Shown: piece after piece, positions 1 through 12,863 of the stretch
How the letters are laid out: each line of letters begins with the position of its first letter
Numbering within the stretch: the stretch's first letter is position 1
DNA from: Vicugna vicugna
Taxonomy: Eukaryota
DNA length: 64,000 bases
NCBI GenBank assembly: GCA_013265495.1
Contig: MU058213.1
Coordinates: 6,097,149-6,161,148, forward strand
Direction of reading: 5' to 3'
Program-made: the position numbers and the translations under genes
The notes under the pieces: model-generated
The model's input: the letters and a program-made list of their open reading frames with translations, nothing else
The model's database searches: none
What the model was told of the DNA's origin: nothing

Positions 1-420
1 AGAAAAAACTAGAAAAGGTATTTTTGCAGCAGTTGGAGAAATTTGAATATCGACTATATATTTGATGAGACTGTGGGACTGCTGATAATGTTTCTTATGT
101 GACAAAGTTATTGTGGCTAGGAAGGAAAATACTTCTGAGGGGATGCTTCTGAAACATTTACAAGTGATGTGTCATGCGTCTGCAGCGCACTTCCAGATCA
201 TACAGCCATTTGATGGCTTCACAAGTCACACACAACTTTTGCTGAACCATTTGAAAGTGAATTGTGGACACCATCAGAGAGAGAGAAAGAGGAGGAAAGA
301 GAAAGAGGCAAAATGTTAATAACTAATGAGTCTGCACAGAAAATATATAGATGTTTATTATATTATTCTTTCAGTTTTTCTATAAATTTGAAATTTTTTG
401 AAACAAACTTAAGGCAAAAA
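1..420 (+). mobile_element. Ancient L1 (L1M) 3'UTR fragment
   Basis: AT-rich L1M-like text (gaaatttgaatat...tattattctttcagtttttctataaatttgaaa). Confidence 0.55.
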
Positions 421-1460
421 GGCTGCTAGTATGTGTATGGTACCTGGTCTTGGTACCACTGGCTCATTGTAGCCAGATTACCTTTAGACATGCATCCTTG
501 GTTTAAACTTATTAACTATATAGGTCTCCCTGTTTTCTGGGGAATTGATTTCAAATTACATCAGAATTCACTCCTGCTTAGTTCTTTTTTCCTTTAAACT
601 ATTTTAGGATTAAGATTAAATTGTGATTTACTTTCCCAATTACATTGTGTATATGAAAGGGGTGTAATTAAGCTTTTAGAATTTTATCACAAAACTGAAA
701 TAAGGTCAGGTTACTTATCTTCATGCAGATTTTGTCTCATTATCAATCAGTAGTTGTCCATTTGCTTGGATTTTGTCTTCTGGGAGGCTGGGTCACCAGG
801 CTGAGCATGGAGCCTTCTCTGGGTGCTCTGTGTTCTCCAGGGCTTAACCACGTGGGGCCCAACAAGAGAGTCTCGAGCAGTGTTAGATCTTCTGGGTTTG
901 GGAGTTTAGACTCCTGCCTACGGTGCCGTTTCTTAATTCTGAACTTCTTTCCCTGATTGACAATATATGTATCTGGGCTCTCGAGCGCCCCGCCAGCCAC
1001 TGCCGGGCAGGGCTTTGATGAGAGGACCATGGATGTGCTAGTCTTAGGTCTCTCCCTTACTATAAAGGGGGCATTCCTTTGTTGGGTTTGATTTTACTCT
1101 GTCCCACTTTCCCTCCCCTTTCAGTGTGGTGACAGAGGTAAGCATGACAGCTTTGGGACTTGAAGGACCCTACTTACCTGTGCAACTTTCTTTAAAATAT
1201 CATAATTTGGGACCTTCGCCACTTGACTTAGCTCAGAGCCGCACAGCGTCTTAATTTAGTCTTGCTCAGAGCCAGAGTCATCCTGTGTTCAATGGCTGCT
1301 TTGCTGGTACCATGGTAGTGGCTGGGGCTGTGACTGAATTTCCGGAAGGTAAGAATTTTTTTTTATAGCTTTTCCATAAGTAAGACCAGCATGTGTAAAC
1401 CTGTGCTCTTGTAAAGAAGTAGCGGCTTTATCCTGCCCCTTTCTTTGCATTCTCTTCCAG

Positions 1461-1571
1461 AACTTAAAGCAGCAATATTACACTGGATACACGGAGAGTG
1501 AAGTGTTAGAAGTCATGCAGCACATGGCCAAGAACGTAGTGAAAGTAAACGAGAACTTAACAAAATTCATC
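1461..1571 (+). CDS. CCNB2: Cyclin B2, penultimate coding exon ([37 protein letters not shown])
   Basis: ttccag acceptor before 1461, gtaagt donor after 1571; 111 bp, phase 0/0; peptide matches the cyclin B2 C-terminal region. Confidence 0.96.
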
Positions 1572-2690
1572 GTAAGTACTCTTCCGTAAGCTGTGGAAAG
1601 CACTCGAGTATGAGTTTGGGGTATGAGAGGATGTGCATGTATGTGTGTTTGCATTTCCACGTAAATATTTTGGCATATGTGAGAGTCTGTTTTAGCACAA
1701 ACTCTTTATATTTTCCTAGCACAGCAGGGGAAGGAGCACACTGATAAACCCTGACAGCAGACTTTCTTTAAAACAAGGTAGATCAGGCTCGCTGTGTCCG
1801 GGCCCAGTGTAGTCGCCAGGCAGCTTCAGTGTACCGGCCCCCCTTGACCCAGTGCCCTGGGCGGGGCACCCAGCAAGCAGGGAAGGCTGGCCGGCATGTG
1901 GTCTGGAACAGCAAGCATCCAACTTGGGTGGCTCTGTGGAGGCTTGGGTATTCAGGTGACATCACTCAGGGCCTTTGTCCAGCATCTGTTAGGACAATGA
2001 CTGAGAGGCACCTGGACAGCAAGCATGGTGGAGGAGGAGGGGCAGGAAGCCCATTCAGGAAGCAGCATCCTGGGAGCCTGGGGTCTGTCTCTGTGTGGCC
2101 CACCTGAGAGGAGGAGCCACAGGAGATGGGGTGCTGTCCTGTGTTCGTGTGATGCTGAGTATCAGAGCTCCCCGAAGGTCTGGTGACAGAGTGAGGCGTC
2201 TGTACCAAGTGTCCTCACGGCCTGATCTGCTTCCTGACTTGTCGTTGGAGGATGATTTAACACACTGTGAAAGCATCACGTGTGTTCAGTCCTGAGGGAT
2301 CTGGGATCTGCTGAGCACTAGTTGTCACTCGCTTTTATTGCCAGTTACTGCTGCCAGTGCTGATAGCACTTAGGTGTGATAAACACAGCTCCACCTCCCA
2401 CCCCTCTGGTGGCTTGTGAGAGACAGCCTGCTCTTTGGACCTTGAAATCATTGGTTCCCCCATCACTTGTGCTACCAGCTGGTCTTTTTGCATAACTGCG
2501 CGTGGAAGGAAATTGTCAGGCCCGACACATGCCCTGGAGCACTTGCTGGCTCCAGTGACTTGGCATCGTCCTAGCCTTTGTGGGTCTGTGGGTGTGGCCC
2601 TTTGATACTTGTAAATTAGACTAGGAATAAGGTATAAGTTGGGGCCGGGGAGGTTCCTGATGTGTGCTTAATCACAGATGACTTCTGCAG

Positions 2691-2801
2691 GCCGTCAAGA
2701 ATAAGTATGCAAGCAGCAAGCTCCTGAAGATCAGCACGATTCCTCAGCTGAACGCAAAAGCCATCAAAGAGCTCGCCTCACCTCTCATGGGACGGTCCTA
2801 G
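2691..2801 (+). CDS. CCNB2: Cyclin B2, last coding exon ([36 protein letters not shown])
   Basis: ctgcag acceptor, in frame with the previous exon, TAG at 2799-2801; recognisable cyclin B2 C-terminus. Confidence 0.96.
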   Translation, partial: AVKNKYASSKLLKISTIPQLNAKAIKELASPLMGRS

Positions 2802-2942
2802 GCTGCCCTGGCCGTCAGGGAGCAGTGCTTCGGCCGTGCACTTTGTCTTACGGATTTGGAACTCCTGACTTTGTATATAGTCCTCTGGTCTATTTCCTGA
2901 AACCTTTTCTCAGACCGATTTTCTAAATGTATATTGAGGAAA

Positions 2943-2948
2943 AATAAA
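2943..2948 (+). terminator. CCNB2: CCNB2 polyadenylation signal AATAAA
   Basis: AATAAA ~140 nt after the stop codon, followed by U/GU-rich sequence (tgtgtgtatttattgtt). Confidence 0.8.
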
Positions 2949-3190
2949 GCTATTAATTTTTCTTAAGGTATCCTGTGTGTATTTATTGTTCTGTGCTGAA
3001 GACATCATGAGGAACTTGCTTTGACTAATTTTTTGAGGTATTATGAATAGCATGTGAATTACTGCCCTTATGGCTTTGACCTTCCTACAATTTTCTCAAA
3101 CAAAAAAACTAGAACTTGGCTTTAGTGAATGTTCCCTCATTCGTAAACTTGGTGAATATAAAGATTGGTTCATTGTATAAAATTTAAAAT

Positions 3191-3344
3191 GGGGGGGGAG
3201 GTTACAGCTCAAGTGGCAGAGGGCATGCTTAGCATGCATGAAGTCCTGGGTTCAATCCCCAGTACCTCCATCAAAAAACTAAATAAATAAATAAATCTAA
3301 TTACCTCCCCTTGCAAAAAAACAAAACAAACAAACAAAAAAAAA
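3191..3344 (+). mobile_element. tRNA-derived SINE (camelid Vic-1-like, long tail)
   Basis: A-box acagctcaagtgg, B-box gggttcaatccc, A-rich tail. Confidence 0.85.
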
Positions 3345-6016
3345 CGGGAGGATAACCATGACAATTCCTTTTCTAGAACCTACTTAACTATTCTCTAATT
3401 CCTATACAGGAACACCTGGCCCACTAGGGCAATGGCCACCGGTAACCCTCATAATGTGCTTCACTGAAGGCACGGCTGAGACCAGGAAGAGCAGTCCTAA
3501 GAGGCCACAGCTGGAAAAAAGGGGGCCTGTGACATCCTGTTAAAGGTGAAACTTGGAATGCGTTTTCCCATTGTTCTAACTACATTATGGGTTAGATTTT
3601 GTGTGGGGGTGGTAGAGGGGGGCATTTGATTACATTTAACATTGTTTTCTAAGGGGGAGTGCATTCTCATGCACTAAAAAATACATGAGTCCATAAGGAT
3701 ACAAAAGGAAGGGTGACCTGGGGGAAAAAAACCCCAAAAACCATGAAATAAATGAGTCTCTTATAGCAACAACTTTCCAAACTACTAGTTCAACAAGATG
3801 TTAATTGGTTTTCTGAAAGAAAGGAGTTACATGCATTTGGGAAACATTGCAAACTCATGTAAGATTCATAAAGGCTCTGGGAAGCTTTGCAGTAAAAATC
3901 GTTTAATGCGGTGTTTCCCTAGTCTAGAGTGTGGTAAAGCTGCCTTCCACCTGACAGCGAGGCCCACAGGTGTTTGGCTCTGTGACTCAGCCGGGGCGTG
4001 TGACTGCCCCTATCCCGGGAGGGGAGCCTCGCTGACCCGTCTACCTGGGCAGGCCCGGGCTGCCCGACTAGTAAGTTTCCAGCGTGGGGAGGAGCTGGGT
4101 GTCTTTATATGTTCAGTCCTAGTATAAAGTTTTATAAATATCCCTTGTTGAGTCAGTGAAGTTGGTTCCCATGGCAGCCTTAGACCAACTTAGTCATAAG
4201 TGTGAATGGGAACGAAGTGAGACCATGAGAGGGAGCTTTCCTGGCTCTGCAAAGCAGTTTATTTCCCAGGGACGCTCGAGCGCCAACTTCTCATCAAGAA
4301 AGGATGGGTTTTGTAGGCATATTCCAAAGACATTTGATAGCTTCTTTATTACATATTTGGCTTAAATATTAAATACCCTGACTCAGGAAATTCATACTTC
4401 CAGGATGTCATTATTAAAAAAGGACCTTTAAGATACTTATGTGCCAAGCAGGCACCCGAAACTAAGGTGTTATAAACGTGAAATAAGCTGTAAAAGTAGA
4501 AATCATATCATAAAAATACTGGAATTAGAAAATGAGATGCTGCAACCCCAGTATTTGAAGGGCACAGACCATGGACCTGGGTGGCTGAGTTTCCGTCTCC
4601 TTTAGCAGCTGTGTGACCTCTGGGCGTGTCCCTGTGTCTGTAAAGCGGGGGTGAGAGCGTCTACCTCGGGGTTTTGTACTAAAGCACGTCAAGCCCTTAG
4701 CATGGTGTCTGGAGGTGCTTGACTGCTCTTGGCTGTCATTTAAGGAGGCCGATGTTCTTGGAAAGAGATGGACCCTGGCATTCAGAGATAGGTCAGACAT
4801 AGCTCTTGCCCTTCAAAAGAGTGTGCGTAACTGTTGAGTCATATGTGAGGCTTTTTTTTCTATTTGTAGGTTTTTGATTTTTGAGAGAAAGATACTGGAA
4901 GTTTAAAATGAGACTGATTATCAAACTCCTTAATAATTTCGTCAAAGACGAAAAGTATGGGTGGGCCTGAGGGTCAGATCAAGGTTCACATGGCAGCTCC
5001 TCCAATTGAGAGCTGGGTGACCTTGGGCGAGGCTGTGACCTTGGGCTAGATAGTGACCCGGACTGCGCCTTCTCATTTGCAGGTGGAGGTTCTGGACTAG
5101 GCCATCCTGGTTAGCAGAGCAGGTCCCGTACCATAGGAGGGAAAGGAATCAAGATGAGCTGGGGGGAATAAGAGTGAGTTCCTGAATTCAGCAGGAACTG
5201 TGAGACCAGCTAGGCCTTGGGAGAGACAAAACATGAAGGGAAGGCAATGCAGTGCTTCCTATTCCTTTGAGCTCAAAGGTGAAGGGTGCCAGGAATATCG
5301 TTAGGCTCTCGACCAAAGGTGCACCATGCACTCTCTGCTCCTGAAACCAGACTCCACCCTCACTCACCAAGGAAACCACCCAGAAAACCTCCTGTACTGG
5401 AGGCAGGGCCAGCCCCGGTCAGCCCACCTCCACTCAGGAGGTCTGGGGGAGTTCAGAGGGAGTCACAAGGGAAAGGATTTGGATTACGTACATGCCCTGC
5501 TCCGCAGGGAGCCCGGTCACGCGGCTGCACAGCCATGCTGTCCTTCACTTGTCCTGGTGAGCATCTCTACCTGGAAGGAGCCATGGCTGAGACGGAGCTA
5601 TCTCCTGGGCTCTGGGCAACCTGCTCTGCGCAGAGACTAACTGTCCCTGGCAAGAGACTCCCACCCTGCCCTTGCATTTAAGGCCACATGACTAAGTTCT
5701 GGACAGCAGACTGTGAGTGGACCTGGTGTGTGCACTTTGCAAGGAACATCCTTTAAAAGGGAAACTGCATTCCTCACCCTTCTCTGCCTTCATGGGGTGG
5801 ACTTGGTAAGGGTGGTGGGTCACGTTTGATCAGGTGGGTGTGGGTGGTCCACACCCTTGCTGGTGGGGCAGCAAGCTCATAAAGAAGGCTTCAGCGTCGC
5901 CCTCGCCCTGGGTGCCAGTCTTCCCTGAGCTGGGTGACAAGATGGCCCCTGGCGTGATGTTTCAGAAAGCCAGCTCCTCTCCCTGCTGCATCCCCCATTC
6001 ATTAGCACTTACCGTG

Positions 6017-6322
6017 CCTGGTGGTTCTCAAAATGTGTCTGATTTTAAGAAGTCTAGGAGTTCAAAACTCTTTTTATGATAATCCTAGGATGTTATTTAC
6101 TTTTTTCACTCTCATTCTGTCAGTAGTTTATGGTGGAATCCTACAGAGGCTGTATGACATGTGATGATGGGAAGTGTGTGATTGCTGGTGTTTTAAAATT
6201 TTCTGTTTGAATTTCTAGTAAATACTGACAGCTAAAACCCACTGAAGCAGAACTCTCAGAGGGCCTCAGGAATGTGCAAGAGTATAAAGGGGTTCTGAGG
6301 CCAGGGTTTGGGAACTGCTGGT
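6017..6322. mobile_element. hAT-Charlie-type fossil
   Basis: Ends tggtggttctcaaa / tttgggaactgctg; internal tacagaggctgtatgacatgtgat. Confidence 0.55.
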
Positions 6323-7269
6323 CCACGGCTAGTTTGAAGACCTCTGCCCTCGGGTCCGAGTTCAAGCCTGCTCACGTGGTCCTGGGTTACTTTAAACCGT
6401 CAGTGGAAGGGATCTGTCACGTTTTTACAGGTACAGGGCAGTTTCTACTGCTATGCACATGAGGTATGTGCACACACATGCCCCTTCTCCCACACGAAAT
6501 GGCAGTTCTAGAAGGCAGGCGTGGCCCTTGCTCCTCTGTATGTCCTCCCTGCTTGAGTGATTCCTGAACTACTCTCCTGTCTGTTTAACTGAACAGCGAA
6601 CAAACAGCAGGCCTGGCTAGATCCAGAGATGAGAGGAAGCCTAGGTTCGTGTGTCTTCAACTATAAACATCAATTCAGTCTCCTACTCAGGCAACGTGTG
6701 CCGAGCGTTCCCGTGAGCCCGGCCCTGGGCGAGGCACGTGGGAGCTGGACAGGGGCTGGCGGTGACACAGGTGACGCAGGAGGGCGATCTGGGTGGTCCT
6801 GCCTGCGAGAAAGCAGCCTGTGACTTGAGGCTGTGGGGAGTTGTTCGAATTCTAGTTCTGCCGCCTTTCTCCCACTGTCAGTGAGCCTAGGAGTGTGAAA
6901 TTGGAAGTCCCTTGTAAGATGTAGAGACTTAGTGTCAGAATTCCCCTTCCCCGTGTCATCACACTTTATTTTCCTCTTTAACTAGTCATCAACTGGAGCT
7001 GAAATATACTTTAAACATTATTTGCTATTGTTAGTGAATGAAGTTTGCACTCTGTTCTTGAAGTAAAACAGAATTAAATGGTATACTTTGTCCCTAATAG
7101 GTAACCCTGGATAATTTGTTTCCCAAGGACATGGGGATCCTGAATGACACAAAGGTGTGCTGTCACACCCTACCTGCCCAGGAACTTAAGGATCGCTGAA
7201 GCCACCGAGGAAGGACAGACCGAGAAGGCGTGGTCTCCCTCCTGGATGGACATAACGTCGTTTCCAGCT

Positions 7270-7642
7270 TTCCACTGTTACTGGAGTAAACACTGCCTCG
7301 CTGTGCTGGGCTGGGTGGCTTGGCAGCAGCACTTTGCTGCCTTAAGTTGTGGAGGCTGGACGTCCGAGGTGCAGGTGTGGGCAGGGCTGGCTCCTCCGAG
7401 GGCTGTGATGGAAAGATCAGTTCCAGGCCCCCTCCCTGGCATGTCAGTGGCAGACCTGTCACATCATCTTCTCCCCCTCTGCGTGTTGATCTGGGTCCAA
7501 ATCTCCTCTTTTTATCCAGATACCAGTTGTGTTGGATGAGGGCTCCTAATATTTCCTCTGTAAAGACCCTATTTGCAAGTAAGGTGCTGGGGGTTAGGAC
7601 TTCATACTTCGTCTGGGAGGGGGGAACAATTCAACCCAGACA
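7270..7642. mobile_element. MaLR (MLT1-type) LTR
   Basis: ggaggctggacgtccgaggtgcaggtgtgggcagggctggctcctccgagggc...aagaccctatttgc...acaattcaaccca. Confidence 0.75.
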
Positions 7643-7677
7643 AACACCATGAAAGAACAGGGTGGTTCACTGATTCC

Positions 7678-7687
7678 TTTATTTATT
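7678..7687 (-). terminator. MYO1E: Probable MYO1E polyadenylation signal (overlapping AATAAATAAA on -)
   Basis: tttatttatt on +, ~930 nt downstream of the MYO1E stop; unique UTR-like sequence ends here, next to a MaLR LTR. A further AATAAA (-) at 6965-6970 could be a distal site. Confidence 0.6.
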
Positions 7688-8616
7688 TAGGAGGGAGGGG
7701 TTACGGGGTGGGACTGGAGGGGACAGAGGAAAATTAACCTAGGAGAGGGTTACGAGGGTCTGCAGGACTGAACTAGAAAGCGGTAACACTGATGCTATAG
7801 TTGGAAAGGAGCAGTGCACGTCTGTCAGCACCCGGTGTGAGTCTGTAGTAAGGCCTACCTTATGCGTGAGTACAGTGGGATACTACTCAGTACATTCATA
7901 CATGTTTCTACCATCTTGAGATTTTTACATATACAGTATATGATCTGGTTTTTTTTTTTTATAAATGTACAGCTTGAAAAAAAGAGATCCTTCTTGTAAT
8001 AGGTACAGCATTAATCACAAAAACCAACATGGGCCAGCCACATTCCAACTGAAGACCCAGAGCAAGCCTGGCGGACAGCCCTGCTGGTCCCAGCAAAGTC
8101 ACCCAGCGCCCGGGGCCCCGGCGGGAAGCGCATGCTCAGCCAAGCCCCGCCGGCAGGGAGCCGGTCCTCCCTGAGGGAAGGTGCCAGAGGAATGTGTGTG
8201 CAGGTAAGGAAAAGAAGGATGAGAGAAATGTGCTCTTCAATTAAAGGCACTTGTCAGCGGCCGCGTCCAGCCATTCCCTGGGCCCGGGGAGCGAGCAGGT
8301 GCTGTCTTGGTAGAGCCAGGAGGTCTGCGTGGACCTCGCCCGTCCTCCCACCAGGTTTAAATAGAATAAATAAGTCTTACTGGGTGCTTGCTTTGCCCTC
8401 CTGGGTGCCTGCGAATAGGCTGCCTTTTAGGATCATGTACGGAGCGACATTCCCCGTCCCCAGCCCAGCTTTTCGAGGTCCTCCACGGGGAAGGCGCCAG
8501 AATAGCTCCAGGCCTTGGAGAAGCAGCTGCTCGCCACGGGGCAGGAGAGCCCCCACACGTCCCTCCCGTCTCTGCCTGGGAGCCCCTGCATCCCTGCGTC
8601 CCAGCCTCCGTGCGCC

Positions 8617-8693
8617 TCAGATCTTGGTCACGTAGTTGTTGGGGAACAGGCCCTGCTTGCCTCGCAGCCGACCTGTCCACCAGCCAGAAGGGT
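8617..8693 (-). CDS. MYO1E: Myosin IE last coding exon (SH3 C-half: [25 protein letters not shown])
   Basis: ctgcag acceptor, SH3 signature [15 protein letters not shown] stop at 8617-8619. Confidence 0.97.
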
Positions 8694-9205
8694 CTGCAGG
8701 GAGACAGCGGAAGTGAAGGTGAGCACGGCTTTCTGCCCAGGCCAGATGCGCCCCGCTCCCGAGGGTGCAGCCCACGGGCGACGGGACTGAGCTCCACCCT
8801 CGTTCTTTCCCTTCTTAACCTCGATGTGAGGTTTTGCTGCCAGGCTCCAGCTGCCGGCCCTGGGGGCTGTGCCCAGCCTGAGACAGGCGGGTTGCTCCCC
8901 TTGGGGCCCCGGCATTCCAGCCTCCCCCACAAGCAGTCCTGGCCCTGGAGCAGCAGCTGGGTTGGCAGACCGCCTGGTGGCATTGGGGTCTGATGGCTGC
9001 AATCGTGCTTCCCCCTTTTTCTTTCATGGGGGCTACTCCCCCGCTGCACCTTTCACACTCCTCAGGCCATCTCAGAACCCTTCTGGGGGAACTCACAGGC
9101 AACACCTCACAATCCTTATTTCCCACTTTAGCCCCAGACCCTTCACCAGTAATGAGCATCTGGTATATATCCTTCCAGATCCTCTTCTGTGATTATAAAC
9201 ACATT

Positions 9206-9291
9206 CTTTTTCTTAATGGAGGTACTGGGGCTTGAACCCAGGACCGCGTGCATGCTAAGTATGCGCTCTACCACTGAGCTATACCCTCCCC
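9206..9291 (-). mobile_element. tRNA-derived SINE (Vic-1-like)
   Basis: Reverse reads ggggagggtatagctcagtggtagagcgcatacttagcatgc...gggttcaagccccagtacctcc plus A-tail. Confidence 0.9.
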
Positions 9292-9299
9292 ATTACATT

Positions 9300-11240
9300 C
9301 ATTTTAAACAGAACATTCTGTATGTAACTATTCTGCATCTTGCTTTTAAATACTCAGTAATCCTTCCGTGTGTGTATCTCATTTTGTAAACACTGGCACT
9401 ATATACCAAAATTCAACCATTCCTTTATTGATGGATATTCGTTCCCCAATTTTTCACTATTAATGCAATAAATGTCCACACACATCTTTATTCCCCGTGT
9501 GCAAGTAGTTCTATAGGATAGATTCTTGGGTCAAAGAACATGCACCGTCTATTTGTAAGAAAAGCAAAATTACTTTTTGTAATAGGTAATACTTTGAACC
9601 GTACAAAAGGATAGAGTGAAAAGAGCCACCCAGACCCCTTCTTTGAGGGTGAGCAGTATTACTTCTTATACTTTCTTCCAGAGGTATTTCATGACTATAA
9701 AAGCAAGTAGTTATAAAAATTACCCCCTTTTGTCCACAACTGATGGCCTGCTACATGTTCTGCACTTCTTCTAACCTTAAGACTTCAGATCACTTCCTAT
9801 CTGTATGTAAAGTTTCCATAGCTCTTAGATGCCACTGCTCAGATCATTTGCCTATTTTCCTGTTTGTTGTTGGTCTCAATCTTATTGATTAGGAGTTCTT
9901 TACATATTAGTGAATCTGCTAAATGAGTTACAGATAGCCCACTTCTCATTTTTAACTTTTTATGACATTTTAATACATAAGCAGTTGAATCAAATGGTCT
10001 ATTTCACAGCTTCTTAGTTTTTTTATCACTTTTAGAAATCCTTTCCCATACTGATAGTATTTCTTTGATGCAGTTTGTTTCTTTGATGCAGTTAAATATT
10101 TATTTACTTGGGACTTATCTTGGGGGAAAGGGTTAATATATAAATCTGAAGTAACCATTCTGACATGGGTGTTTTACAATTTTGGTAAATACTGTTAAAT
10201 TCCCTTCCCAAAAGTCTATTCCAGCAGTAACTAGTGAAAGGAGGTACCTGATTTACCTGACTAAGCACAGCTCCTACAATCCACCCTTTATTTACAATGA
10301 CAAAATCCAGCAAGTTCTGAAAATGAAGTTTTCTGTAACTCATTTGATGGCAAAACTTGACCTGATCAGACGTGGGCTTGTTTATGATGTCTCTTTCCGC
10401 CAAGTGGGAAGGCTCTCAGGCCCCACAGCAGAAACACTGAGGCTAAGTTGCTGGCCTGGGACCTGCAAGGGGTGTTCGATGCTCTATGTTGTGTATATAC
10501 ACCATTATCAACTTCCTAGACGCTCCTGTCTCTGATTTCTGAAACTCAATTAGCTCAAACGATTTGGATGAAGGAATGTGGACCGTGTCACATTTTCATC
10601 TTCGCGGTGCCACAGGTGAAAGCTTCACTTCGTATTTCACTGATGATGAAGGAGGTTCTGCTGTGCACCGCCTGCCTCGGGAGACTGTCCACTTTGGGGA
10701 TGGATTACTTGTCTTATTATTCATGTGGAGGAGCTACTTATATATGGAAGACATTTTTTCCTAGTCTGTTTCCCATGACTTAACTTTGCGTATGTGCTGC
10801 TCACCGTATGTCGGTTTTAATGTAGCCTTTTTATGAGGTTAAATCCTATATGGTTTTTGAGTTTAACAGCTTCCTTAGGAAGGCTTTTCTCACCCAAAGA
10901 TTAATATTCTAGGTTTATTTCTAAGACTTTTATAACTTAGTTATATATATTTTAGATCTTTAATTCACCTGATATTTGTGTATGAGGTAGAGATCAAACT
11001 TACTTTCTTTTCAAAGTGGAAGGTAATTGCCTATCCTTTCCCCGATTTCAAATGCCCCATTTATCACGTATTAAGTACCTGCGCGCACGCGGGTCTGTTT
11101 CTGGTGCTGTGCTGTCCCGCCTTCCTATACGCCTAGCCCCGTTTACATTACAACGATCATTTATAGCACGTTTTGATCACTTCTCAGACTCTACATTTTA
11201 CACAGATAACTGGTCAAATGATACAGTACATGTGACTTCT
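9300..11240 (-). mobile_element. Ancient L1 (L1M-type) fragments, interrupted by a Tigger-like piece (~10270-10400)
   Basis: Degenerate antisense L1 motifs (ttgatggatatt, ttagatctttaattcacctg, gtatgaggtagagatcaaact, tctgtttctgg). Confidence 0.5.
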
Positions 11241-12693
11241 AGAAAATTTTGAGAAATGAAAAGTAATCCTCAGAAGTCAACCCTTGAGGCCACTTAACAT
11301 GTTCTATTCCATGTGTTTTATATTTTCACAAAATTGAGACGGCAGTCCATAGTCTCTAACCTAACTTTTTCCTTTCCTCCATGAACCAGTTTCCACTTTA
11401 ATAAATTTACTGTCCTTTTGCATCATTATCTTTAACACAAAGTTTTTTGCACCCAAGTTCACTGAACAGACACAGCAACGCTGACGTCACTAATCCCTGT
11501 CACTGCATGTTAGGTCATTTCCCGTATTTTTGCTGCACAAAGCCGGTGATAAAAAACCGGTTTGTGTTACTAAGGGTTTATTTTAATGCTTATTTATTCC
11601 AACTTTTGAAGGATACTAAATGGCTTAAAATAGTAACACCTGTAGAAAACCAGTTAAAGGAGATAAAGCTAATGCCCAGAAGGAGGCTGGTCCTAGAATT
11701 CTCCCGGGAGTGAGGGCAGGTGCTTCCTAGAACTGCCCTTCGCCACCTCTTCCTGAAAGCTAGCCCGGCCAACTGTCCACTCAGGTTGTCCACAGCTTGT
11801 CAGAGCCTGACAGCCAGGCCCTTGATGACCAGGCCGCTCTGGCTCCACCTCACCCCTCAAGACATCATCTCTGGGATTCTGCACCACGGTCTAGTGTCTG
11901 CTCATTTTCCTAACAACTCGCTCTTTCTAGCCTCCATGGCTCCCCCTTCTGTCTCCCATCCCTCACCACAAATGCCATTTCTTTCATGGTGCTTTTGCTA
12001 ACATCCTAAGTTATTTAGGAATTACTGTTGTTCTTCATGCTTCCATAAGCAGTGATGTATATGAGTCCATGTATATTATATTCTAACTTAACACTCTTTA
12101 CCAAATTACTAAAGCATTCAGCCAAGCCCACGGACCACTTTTATAATGAATGTTACAGGTTGCCCCCCACCCCCCGCTTCCATTCCATCTACATGAGGAG
12201 ACCAGGAAGTTTGGGTGGAACGTACCTAAATCCCATTTCCCAGGGCAGTCCCCGCCGGGTCTAACCCACTCAGGGTACAGCCTGTCTCCCTACAGAGATT
12301 GGTTCAGGAATGGACACGTGACCAATGTGGTCTAATCTGAGTGAAACTTAGGACTTTTGTCCAATGGCTAAGAGAATAACTTTCAGAGATAACATGGATT
12401 TCAGACATGGAGCTGGTTGTAGCCCTTTTTTGGCCTGGAACTGATGTAGCCCTTTTGGTACCATGAGGAAAAATGGCCTGAGAAGGAAATATATACAAAG
12501 AGGGCAAAGCTAAAAGAAGCATTTAAAAAAAGCTGGAGTCTTGACCAAACTGAGCTTAAAGCCTGACCTACCTCTGCAAGTTTCAGAAGCCCACAAATTT
12601 CCGTCACATTTAAACTCATTTTTATAGCAATGCGACTATATGCCCTTGGAGGTGGTCCCACTCAGCCAGCCAGCCAGCCAGCCATGCACCTAC

Positions 12694-12863
12694 CTTCTTT
12701 GATAATATCGATAATGTCATTGGCATTGAAGCTGAGTTCATCTGTGTCCTGAGCATCATAGGCATACAGAGCCTTGCACTGTGGCACCTGGGGCTTGGGC
12801 TTGGGCTGGGGCTTGGGTCTGCCTCCGGCTGGGGGAGGCCGGCTGGTTGTTTGTCTCCGGACC
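12694..12863 (-). CDS. MYO1E: Myosin IE exon ~27 ([56 protein letters not shown])
   Basis: ccacag / gtaggt junctions, 170 bp, phases fit neighbours; SH3 N-half ALYAYDA..DELSF. Confidence 0.97.

Noticed and set aside
8132..9049. Overlapping 167-230 aa ORFs
   Set aside because: GC-rich sequence around the MYO1E last exon; no recognisable protein beyond the true SH3 exon frame
9206..9291. tRNA genes at the SINE positions
   Set aside because: A/B boxes are present, but A-tails, TSDs and multiple diverged copies identify them as SINEs
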